DNA of 64,000 bases, taken from Oligoflexales bacterium (GTDB taxonomy: Bacteria; Bdellovibrionota_B; Oligoflexia; Oligoflexales; JAPPIL01). The notes under the pieces are model-generated. The model ran no database searches, was not told the origin of the DNA, and saw nothing but the letters and a program-made list of their open reading frames with translations. The stretch spans positions 2,116,711-2,180,710 of the forward strand of contig OZ244057.1 of NCBI GenBank assembly GCA_965215515.1, written 5' to 3'. Every line of letters starts with the position of its first letter. Positions within the stretch are counted from its first letter, which is position 1. Position numbers and translations under genes: made by a program. Below are positions 51,198 to 59,326 of this stretch, in pieces.

Positions 51198-51230
51198 GGT
51201 GTAGATGCCCCCGTAAAAAACGGACACCCT
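51198..51230 (+). mobile_element. Orphan IS3-family-like terminal inverted repeat
   Basis: TGTAGATGCCCCCGTAAAAAACGGACACCC has the TG...GCCCC...GGACAC shape of IS3-family ends; second copy at 13284. Confidence 0.55.
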
Positions 51231-51314
51231 GTCATCGTTGTGTGGAGGCGAGAGGATGTTGACACTTCCTTTGTCTCTTGCGTACAAAATCGGCTGGCTA
51301 TGGAGTTGGTACGT

Positions 51315-52049
51315 ATGGAAGAGGATAGGCACACGTTCCGTTTTCTAGTGGTGGCGGAGGGTGATGAGGTGCGTTTCGATGCTGATGAGTGCAAGCATCT
51401 GCGCGTACTCAGGGTGGCACGTGGTGACGAGCTGGAAGCCTTTGATGGGCATGGGCATGTCTATCGCTGTCGTCTGCGAGTGTTGGGTCGTGATGAAGCG
51501 CGTGCCACTATCCTCGCGGCTCGCTACGAACCTCGTCCTGTCGCGGCGGTCGCGGCTGGGTTAGGCGCGCAAGCAGGCATGGTGGGTGAAGGTGTCATGC
51601 GCAGTCTGACTGAACTTGGGGTGGCGCGTTTTTTGATTTTTAGACATCAGCGTGATGCGCGTGGTAGAATACACCCGTCACGTGTGTTGCGTTGGCGTAA
51701 GGTGCTTATCAGTGCTTGCAAACAGTGCAGGCGTGCGTGGCTACCAGACATCGAACTGTTGTCTGGGTGGGAGGAGTTGGTGAAGGTGCTGGCACGAGAC
51801 TTTACGTTCAGGTTGGTGTTGCAGCGTGGTGGTGAGTGCAGTTTGTCCGACTTGTTGCGTTGTTCTCCGTCGGGCGGGGTGTGCATGTTGGTCGGTGCTG
51901 CGTGCGGTTTCAGTGAGGCGGAGCGGCTTGCTTTACGTTCCGCGTCGGTTAAGTTCGTCGATCTCGGTCTACAGACGTTGCGAACGGAGACTGCGGCGGT
52001 TTTTTTTGCAGGTTTTGTTACTTTTTGGCAACGGGAGCGACTGCGATGA
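51315..52049 (+). CDS. rsmE: 16S rRNA m3U1498 methyltransferase
   Basis: HLRVLR, TELGV, ACKQCRR and LGLQTLRTETAA; the usual GPEGG is diverged to GAACG. Confidence 0.82.
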   Translation: MEEDRHTFRFLVVAEGDEVRFDADECKHLRVLRVARGDELEAFDGHGHVYRCRLRVLGRDEARATILAARYEPRPVAAVAAGLGAQAGMVGEGVMRSLTELGVARFLIFRHQRDARGRIHPSRVLRWRKVLISACKQCRRAWLPDIELLSGWEELVKVLARDFTFRLVLQRGGECSLSDLLRCSPSGGVCMLVGAACGFSEAERLALRSASVKFVDLGLQTLRTETAAVFFAGFVTFWQRERLR

Positions 52050-52636
52050 ACAAGATTCGTCCTTTTCTTGCGGCTAAGTTTGCTCTGCCAATCAGCATTT
52101 GGGGTGTGGTTTTTTCACTGGCTATGTTGGTGGCGTTGATTTTTTTCGTCGATGATGTAGCTTCGGTGTTGACGGTATATTTTGAGCTCAGTGCTGACCA
52201 AAAGTGGCAGATTATCTCCAAGTTCACGACACCGCTGCTGATTGCGCTAGGTACGTTGCTGTGTTTCAACGCTGTGACGATTCTGCTCTGCACTTTTTAC
52301 AGCACCCGTCTGTTCGGCACGTTGGATACCATGTTGAAGTGGGTCGACTTGATTCTGGTCGGCGAGGATCGTCACCTCAACCCGCCTCCTTATTCAGCGC
52401 AATCAGCCGCTCTGTCACGCAAACTATGGCAGTTGCAAGAGGAGCTTGCCCACAGCCGCAACCTCAGCAGAGGGCTGCGAAAAGACCTGAAGACCATCGA
52501 GCACTTTCTGCACGCACTGCAGTCGTCCGACACCCAACCTCAGCCCCTGACCTTGACCGCCGCGCCAGAGGTGGCTGCACAGCTTAACGAATTGGCGGCA
52601 CATCTTTCTCCTCCTTCCATCGATAGGGCACAATAA
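52046..52636 (+). CDS. Hypothetical two-TM membrane protein (HAMP-like)
   Basis: ATGA overlap with the rsmE stop; two TM helices followed by a helical tail. Confidence 0.55.
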   Translation: MNKIRPFLAAKFALPISIWGVVFSLAMLVALIFFVDDVASVLTVYFELSADQKWQIISKFTTPLLIALGTLLCFNAVTILLCTFYSTRLFGTLDTMLKWVDLILVGEDRHLNPPPYSAQSAALSRKLWQLQEELAHSRNLSRGLRKDLKTIEHFLHALQSSDTQPQPLTLTAAPEVAAQLNELAAHLSPPSIDRAQ

Positions 52637-52683
52637 AATCTTGCTTGACAACAAGTTACCGAGCATCTACCCTGCACCGATGC

Positions 52684-52757
52684 CGCGGGGTGGAGAAGTC
52701 TGGTATCTCGTCGGGCTCATAACCCGAAGGTCGGCGGTTCGAATCCGTCCCCCGCAA
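52684..52757 (+). tRNA. Initiator tRNA-fMet (CAT)
   Basis: Cloverleaf; C1:A72 mismatch; three consecutive G-C pairs in anticodon stem (TCGGG-CTCATAA-CCCGA); TTCGAAT T-loop; CCA not encoded; TTGACA-N17-TACCCT upstream. Confidence 0.95.
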
Positions 52758-52910
52758 CTTCGCTGCGAAGGATCGCCGACCAGTTCACTTTCGATCACCA
52801 AGTTTTCACCGTCAATCACCATATGCTTGTTAGCACGCAATTTCTTTCTCCTGCTGACCTGTGCCTGCTTGCGGCAGGCATTACAAGCACTGTCCCGACC
52901 GCCAGGCTTC

Positions 52911-53714
52911 TTACTGTAGCTTCCGCCCATCGCCACGTTTGAAGCTGCCAAAGTTTTTGATCCAACCCCAAGCGTAGCGAGACAACATGCAAGCAAGGCT
53001 TGTGATGTTGCGAGCGGAGCGCATTTGCTTCTCTGCTTCAGCAATCAAAGACTTGTCCTTACGTAGAGCCTTATCAGCCATGAAATCTTTGTAGTTCTGG
53101 CTTAAACACCAGATACCGCTACGAAATTCACGCCAAGTGCGATAGCAGGTAACGACAACCTGCCGTGCAAGCTCTGACTGAAATAGGCGTTCGGCTTCGT
53201 CGATAATCAGCAGATACTCACGTTCAATGTCAGAGGAAGCGACATCTTGAATATGCGAGGTTAGCAATAACAGCAGCACATCTTTCAGATCAGAGTAGTT
53301 GCTTAACTGCTGCACTTCGATAGATACAAGGTCTTTCGACAACTCAACATTAGTTTGCTCATCAAGCATCTGCCCATAGGCTGATTGCCCTGTCCAGCTG
53401 TAAAGCACATCGCCAAACTTGCGTAGCTGTGCGTCTTCGTGCTCATCAAGCAACACCTTCAAGTCTGATAGCGTAGGTGTCTTACCCTTTGCGTCGGTAC
53501 AGACACGATGCAGCTGTTCTTCGAGTAATGCTTTAGAACGCTTGTCCAGTGCCTGCTTGTCCTCGTCTTTCAGAATCATTTCGAGCACGGCTAACAGCGT
53601 GCGAATGCGATCAGGGCTAGGTGTTGTCTCGCCTTCCTTCAGATCGAACATGTTAAGGCAGATGTTTGAATTCAAATTTAAATCTAAAAACTCACCATTG
53701 AGCACCTCAATCAA
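52911..53714 (-). pseudogene. C-terminal fragment of a VirB4/TraC-type conjugation ATPase
   Basis: Walker B LIIDEA, 'RTWREFRSGIWCLSQNYKDF' and PTLSDL; no Walker A and no good start. Confidence 0.7.
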
Positions 53715-53856
53715 ACGTTGAGAATATGCTCACCTTCGCAAGCATAAGGCTTGAGAAAATACTGCTTGTCGCTTGGTTCTTCGTCGATTTTCAGTAAATA
53801 CTCGCCTGTTTGAATTCTCAGTGGGCTGAAAGAGGTGGGTCATTAGAACCAGACAA

Positions 53857-54327
53857 CTAGCTACCGACTGCCTTCTTGACAACCGACACACGCACAGCAA
53901 TGCCACCTTTTTTGTGCAGTGAGCCTTGTGCCTTGAGTGCGCCTCGATGCAGATTACCACGTGGCAGAATAGTTTTCACAGGACGTTCGCAACTAGCATA
54001 CTCAGCCACCGACACACCCAGCTCTTTTGCTAGGCTTGATTGAGACAGGCGCATCTTCATGCGTGTTTGTTTCAGGAGAATGGCAGGGACAAGAAGCGGG
54101 TCTACGTCTATGGGAAAGTAATCAGCGCTGCTCTTGCGGCGTGGCCTAGGAATGGGGTAGGCATCACCTGTTTCACAGGACGAAGAGAGCCACAGGTTCA
54201 ATGCTTCCGAAGCCTGTACTTTTGCTTCAGTGAGGCTATCACCTTCAGTGAAGCAGCCGTCAAGTTCAGGGAAAACCACCAGAAACTTACCGTCTTTTTG
54301 CTTTTTGATCTTTGCGTAATACTGCAT
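53857..54327 (-). CDS. HicB-family antitoxin with C-terminal HTH
   Basis: 'FLVVFPELDGCFTEGDSLTEA...EAL', then 'LSQSSLAKELGVS'; extreme C-terminus may be non-native. Confidence 0.85.
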   Translation of the reverse strand: MQYYAKIKKQKDGKFLVVFPELDGCFTEGDSLTEAKVQASEALNLWLSSSCETGDAYPIPRPRRKSSADYFPIDVDPLLVPAILLKQTRMKMRLSQSSLAKELGVSVAEYASCERPVKTILPRGNLHRGALKAQGSLHKKGGIAVRVSVVKKAVGS

Positions 54328-54535
54328 TTTTGTCTATCCCCGCCTGTTTTAATATCTTATTTACAAGACCTATGCCAAGTGTCTTGTTGCCATGATCAGG
54401 CACAACCAACCGCTTACCGTCTTTGTCAAATTTGTAGTGGCTGCCCTCAACCTTTACCTGCAGCCAGCCTTCCTTGTGCAGATGCCCCGCGACCATCAAC
54501 TCCACCAAACTTAAACCCGCTCTCGTCCGCACCAC
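54287..54535 (-). pseudogene. Chimeric ORF: prepilin leader fused to N-terminally truncated HicA toxin
   Basis: RAG|LSLVELMVA followed by 'EGW.QVKVEGSH...VVPDHGNKTLGIGLVNKILKQAG'. Confidence 0.7.
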
Positions 54536-54594
54536 TTCCCTTTTTTTGGCTAAAAACAAAACTTCCCCGCGCGAACATCATCGGCGTTTTTTTT

Positions 54595-55680
54595 TCACTT
54601 TAGTATAGCAGCTTTGGGGTGGGCGGCGATGAGGGCAGCGATACGGGGCAGCTCAAGCTGGCGGGCGAGGTCTAGTGCACTATGCCCGTCTGCGTTTTTG
54701 AGGAAGGGCTTGATGTCCTGGTGTGCGATGAGTTTAGCCGCTAACTCCTCATAGCCTTTCAGCACCGCGTGGTGCAGGGCGGTCAGGCCGTCTTTATCTT
54801 GGGCATTGATATCGATGTCAGGATCGTCCTTGAGCACCTCGAGTGCCCAGTGTTCCTGCCCTTGCTTGATTTCAAAGATCAGCGGATATTTGGGGCGGCA
54901 ACCCGTGGGGGCAACTCCAGGGGCCTCCTCTAGTTCATACTCGGGGAAGAAACATTTTTCTAGCGGCAGCCCCTCGTGCCTGTGTTTGTAGAGCCAGACG
55001 ATACCATTGATATCGTCTTTGCCGAGGGTGGCAATCCCGCCGAGTGCAACATCGCCTTCTCCACGGTCTATAGCAAGCGCAAGCATGTGCCCACTCATTA
55101 CGGAAGCGGGCTGCGTGCCTCTAGTAGCCCGCAAACCACCTGTGCTGGGGGCTTCTCCCTGCTTCACTGGTACATAGGTGCTAGCAAGACCGAAGGCATG
55201 CCCCATTTCGTACACAAGACTTGCCATAAGGTGTTGTTTCACTTGCGTCGTGCCACTACGAATGTTGATGACAGGGCGACTAAGATTGCTTATGAGGGCA
55301 GAGGCTCTCCATACCTCACCACAGTGGAAGACGACCCACAGATCCTCCGCGGGGAGGTGAGGGTCGGCAACAAGATGATAACGGAAATCGGCGACGATCC
55401 GTTTGTTGCTGTAGTCGCGCAATGGTTGTAACCAGGTACGTATAGCTTTGCCGATGGCGGCGGTAAGTGCCTCGTCGTTGTCTTTAGCCTCGGGCGAACA
55501 ATCGTCACCGTAACTATAAGCGATGTTCCAGTACGGCGCATGCACTTTATCGACCAACACACTACGGCGGAAAAGGCCTCCATCGCCATGATCAAAGGTC
55601 GTGAACTTCTTGTCCGCGGGAGGCGAACGGAGAAGACAGGCGCTGAATAACACAAAAGAAAAGACGGCTAGCAGTTTCAT
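54595..55680 (-). CDS. Lipoprotein with zincin-like domain (degenerate motif) and C-terminal ankyrin repeats
   Basis: Lipobox LFSAC; YEMGHAFGL plus Met-turn SVM; 'DINAQDKDGLTALHHAV' and 'GHSALDLA'. Confidence 0.8.
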   Translation of the reverse strand: MKLLAVFSFVLFSACLLRSPPADKKFTTFDHGDGGLFRRSVLVDKVHAPYWNIAYSYGDDCSPEAKDNDEALTAAIGKAIRTWLQPLRDYSNKRIVADFRYHLVADPHLPAEDLWVVFHCGEVWRASALISNLSRPVINIRSGTTQVKQHLMASLVYEMGHAFGLASTYVPVKQGEAPSTGGLRATRGTQPASVMSGHMLALAIDRGEGDVALGGIATLGKDDINGIVWLYKHRHEGLPLEKCFFPEYELEEAPGVAPTGCRPKYPLIFEIKQGQEHWALEVLKDDPDIDINAQDKDGLTALHHAVLKGYEELAAKLIAHQDIKPFLKNADGHSALDLARQLELPRIAALIAAHPKAAILK

Positions 55681-55712
55681 TTTTGTTCCCCCTAATAAGG
55701 TTATATACAACA

Positions 55713-55742
55713 CACATCGGCGTTTTTTTTTTTGCGCCTTAG
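55713..55742 (-). promoter_or_regulatory. Sigma28/FliA-like promoter with an A11 spacer
   Basis: Minus strand TAAG-GCGC(A)11C-GCCGATGT. Confidence 0.55.
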
Positions 55743-56153
55743 GTTACATGGCAAAAAGCCAACAATTACCGTTGTCTGCCTGCAATATTGCGGGAGAGAG
55801 GGAAGATGGGGCGCTGTCCCACACACCCCGCACAACTTTTTGAAAAAAGTTGGAGCAAAAACTCAATTCCTGAGTTCTGTGGGTAGGGCGCTTAATTTAA
55901 TTTTTTGAGCGACGGAGGGCCTGGTTTTGCGGTGTTTTGTCTGTCTTCCCTTTTGTAGTGCCTGAAAACACACCGACTTAGGCAACAATGCTGATTTACC
56001 TGCGGAACTCTGCAGTCTCACCGCGCGCACCGCATCGGCATCTTTGCTCACCGACTTTAGTCAGACGCAGATGATTCTCTCCTCCCTAGGTTTTGACATT
56101 CTCTACCAGGGTGCGGTAGAATCGCAGGCGTTGCTTGCCCTTGGGGAAGGCTT

Positions 56154-56180
56154 TAGTAGTAGTAGTAGTAATAATAATGA
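56154..56180 (+). repeat. Trinucleotide microsatellite (TAG)5(TAA)3TGA
   Basis: Read directly from the sequence. Confidence 0.95.
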
Positions 56181-56184
56181 CCAG

Positions 56185-57429
56185 ATGCACTTCTTACTCG
56201 TCATCTTTGTAATTTTGCGACTTGCTAAACACAGCGTTGAGCATTGTCTCGCTGTGTTGAACAAGCGCTACTATTCCGACACCGCACGGCAGGCGGAAGC
56301 CGCGCAGCTGTTGGATATTGCACCTGATAACATGCAGGCATCTTGGCGTTACGCACTCGACCGTCATCGTTTCGGTGTCCTGCACGGTTGGGTACAGGAG
56401 CTGTTGCTCTTGCTGTTTGTCTGCGTCGGTGGACTGGGCGTAGCCGAGCAGTTCGCCGCCTACTGTGTGGGTGATGACAACGAACTGCAGCGCGGGCTGG
56501 TATTCTTCGCCGCACTGGGTTTGTTATCCATGCTGCTCAGTATCCCTGGCAGTTATTACCGCACGTTTTCTATCGAAGCGCGGCATGGCTTCAATCGCCA
56601 GACCCGTAAAGGTTTCGTACTCGATCTGCTCAAAGGGGCGTTGTTAGGTGTTGTGCTCGGTGGCCTGTTGTTGACCGTGTTATTGCTCATCATGATGCAC
56701 ACAGGCAGGTGGTGGTGGGTCTACGGTTGGATGTTTGTCTTCGGTTTCAGCTTGCTGACAATGTGGGTCTATCCCACCCTACTGGCACCGCTGTTCAACA
56801 AGTTCCGTCCCATCGAGGCAGGCGAGTTGCGAGATGGTATTTTTGCCTTGGCAGCTAAGGTTGGCTTCAAGACCGATGCCATTTACGTCATGGATGCCTC
56901 TAAACGTTCTTCGCACGGCAACGCTTACTTCACAGGTGTGTTGGGCGAAAAGCGCATCGTGCTTTTCGATACGCTGCTAAGCACTCTCGGCCACCGAGAA
57001 ATCATTGCAGTACTGGCACACGAGATCGGACATTACAAATTGCATCATATCCGCTGGCAGCTAGTACGTTCTTTCATCATGACAGGAATCGTTTTTTGGC
57101 TACTCGACATGTTTATTGCCCAAGAAAGTTTTTATCACGCCTTTTCGCTCGCTGGCATCTCCAGTTATGCCGCCCTGACAGTATTTTTCATGTGGTTCGG
57201 GTTGATCGAATTCTTGCTGCAACCCATCACCTCGCTCATCTCTCGCCGCAATGAGTTTGCCGCTGACACTTTCGCCCGTCACGCGGTGCAAAGCAGCGAG
57301 CAACTTGCTGACGGTCTCCTCAAACTGCGTGCCGACAGCAAGTCTATGCCTTTATCACACCCATGGTTCTCTGCCATGTACCACTCTCATCCGCCCATCA
57401 TCGAGCGCATACAAGCATTACGCGAGTAG
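56185..57429 (+). CDS. M48 family (Ste24/CAAX) zinc metalloprotease
   Basis: GFNRQT, DASKRSSHGNAYFTG, AHEIGH, EFAAD and SHPPIIERI. Confidence 0.93.
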   Translation: MHFLLVIFVILRLAKHSVEHCLAVLNKRYYSDTARQAEAAQLLDIAPDNMQASWRYALDRHRFGVLHGWVQELLLLLFVCVGGLGVAEQFAAYCVGDDNELQRGLVFFAALGLLSMLLSIPGSYYRTFSIEARHGFNRQTRKGFVLDLLKGALLGVVLGGLLLTVLLLIMMHTGRWWWVYGWMFVFGFSLLTMWVYPTLLAPLFNKFRPIEAGELRDGIFALAAKVGFKTDAIYVMDASKRSSHGNAYFTGVLGEKRIVLFDTLLSTLGHREIIAVLAHEIGHYKLHHIRWQLVRSFIMTGIVFWLLDMFIAQESFYHAFSLAGISSYAALTVFFMWFGLIEFLLQPITSLISRRNEFAADTFARHAVQSSEQLADGLLKLRADSKSMPLSHPWFSAMYHSHPPIIERIQALRE

Positions 57430-57609
57430 TCTTTTTGTCATTTTTGCTGAGAACGGCATTCTTCATGCAACAGCCAAAAATATGGAAGAAGGTGTAGATG
57501 AAGAGAAAACAGTTAAGATAGATCTGAGGAGGCGTGGCAAAATGGTTGACAGTCTAACGTGAGGGTGTACCCTGTACAGGGTAGTGTATTAACTCAAGGA
57601 GACAGCACG

Positions 57610-58194
57610 ATGGCTATCGAACTTCCCCCTCTTCCCTACGCGATGGATGCTTTGCAGCCGCATATTTCGGCACGTACGTTGGAGTATCATTATGGCAAGC
57701 ATCACCGCACTTACGTCACCAATCTCAACAAACTCACTGCCGCTACGCGGTGGGCGGACATGCCGCTGGAGGATATTGTCAAGCAGGCGAATGGCGGGGT
57801 GTTCAACAACGCCGCACAGGTGTGGAATCACACCTTCTATTGGCATTGTTTATCGCCGCGCGGTGGTGGTGAACCGAAGGACAAAGCGGCCAGTGCTTTG
57901 GCGAAGTATTTTACTTCGTTGGCTGAATTCAAGACACAGTTCACCCAGCAGGCGGTGGCGTTGTTCGGTTCGGGCTGGGTGTGGTTGGCTAAGGACAGCG
58001 AGGGGCATCTCAAAATCGTGCAGACTAGCAATGCGGGCACGCCGCTTACCGATCCAGGCTTGACTCCACTGTTGACCTGCGACGTGTGGGAGCATGCCTA
58101 CTATCTCGATTACCAGAATGCTCGTCCTGCCTATCTCGATGCTTTCTGGCAACTGGTAGATTGGGAGCGGGTCGAGGAACGGCTTGGCAGTTGA
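57610..58194 (+). CDS. sodB: Fe superoxide dismutase
   Basis: HYGKHH, NNAAQVWNH (Fe-type), FGSGW and DVWEHAYY. Confidence 0.95.
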   Translation: MAIELPPLPYAMDALQPHISARTLEYHYGKHHRTYVTNLNKLTAATRWADMPLEDIVKQANGGVFNNAAQVWNHTFYWHCLSPRGGGEPKDKAASALAKYFTSLAEFKTQFTQQAVALFGSGWVWLAKDSEGHLKIVQTSNAGTPLTDPGLTPLLTCDVWEHAYYLDYQNARPAYLDAFWQLVDWERVEERLGS

Positions 58195-59200
58195 GGCGCG
58201 GCGCATTTTGCGCGAAGCGGATGTTGTGTTCGGCGAGTTGCCTGTCGGCACGTACAACGCCATTACCGACGTGGCAGGTGTGCGTGTGGGGCACGTCACG
58301 CTGGCGGAGGGTGATGTTTGCACGGGTGTGACTGCTGTGTTGCCGTGTGCCGATGTCTGTGCTGTCCGACGGGTCAGCGGGGCGGCGTACACCATTCATG
58401 GCAACGGCCAGTTGACGGGCGGGGAGTGGATCAATACTAGCGGTTGGCTGGAAACTCCCCTGATGCTTACCAACACCTTAAGTGTCGGCGATGTGTACGC
58501 GGGCACGGTGCGTTACATGGTGAAGACGCACCCTCAGGCGTGTGACGTGTTGCCTGTGGTCAGTGAATGTTACGACGGTTATCTCAATAACATCAAGGCA
58601 TTGGCCATCACTCCCGACCACGCCCAGCAGGCGATCCGTAGTGCTCAGGGCGGGCGGGTTGCCGAAGGTGCGGTGGGCGCAGGCACGGGCATGTGTAGTT
58701 ATGATTGCAAAGGCGGCATCGGCACAGCTTCTCGTGTGTTGCCCGAGTATAACTATCGGGTGGGAGTCTTAGTCAACAGCAATGGCGGGCGGCGGCACGA
58801 GTTACAGTTGCAGGGTCGCTCTGTTGCCCCTCTGCTCACCACTCCTGTGCCACCATCGAGGCGGGATGGTTCGTTTGTGTTTGTTGTCGCTACCGATGCA
58901 CCTTTGTCACACGTCCAGCTGCGTCTGTTGGCTAAGCGGGTCACGCACGGTCTGGCTCGTACGGGCACATGCAGCACTTATGGTAGCGGTGAGTTCGTCA
59001 TCGCCTTTTCCACCACGGTGCGTTGGCAGCAGGACAACGACACCAGTCGCACTTTGCCCTCTGCTCGTCTCGATCAGCTTTTTCGTGCTGTCGTCGATGC
59101 GAGCGAGGAGGCGGTATGGAATTCACTGACCACCGCGACCACGATGCATGGTTATCGGGGACGGGTGGTACACCATCTGCCCGTTACGGCGTTGTTGTAA
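58184..59200 (+). CDS. DmpA/P1-family aminopeptidase (peptidase S58)
   Basis: NAITDVAGVRVGH, GAVGAGTGM, KGGIGTASR and G-S autocleavage site in DGSFV. Confidence 0.92.
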   Translation: MAVEARRILREADVVFGELPVGTYNAITDVAGVRVGHVTLAEGDVCTGVTAVLPCADVCAVRRVSGAAYTIHGNGQLTGGEWINTSGWLETPLMLTNTLSVGDVYAGTVRYMVKTHPQACDVLPVVSECYDGYLNNIKALAITPDHAQQAIRSAQGGRVAEGAVGAGTGMCSYDCKGGIGTASRVLPEYNYRVGVLVNSNGGRRHELQLQGRSVAPLLTTPVPPSRRDGSFVFVVATDAPLSHVQLRLLAKRVTHGLARTGTCSTYGSGEFVIAFSTTVRWQQDNDTSRTLPSARLDQLFRAVVDASEEAVWNSLTTATTMHGYRGRVVHHLPVTALL

Positions 59201-59326
59201 TGCTTACTGAGACTGGATGACCTCTTCCCATTTTATCGTACAGTTATGCGCTTAGCGCGAGTGTGTAGCACTTTTTTTGTGGGGTGAGGTCAGGGTGCAG
59301 ACACCCTACCTGCGGAACTCAGGAAA

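Noticed and set aside
13284..51230. Composite transposon bounded by the two IS3-like ends
   Set aside because: The ends are in direct rather than inverted orientation and enclose core housekeeping genes.
52641..52919. ORFs spanning the tRNA
   Set aside because: They are translations of the tRNA-fMet sequence, not protein genes.
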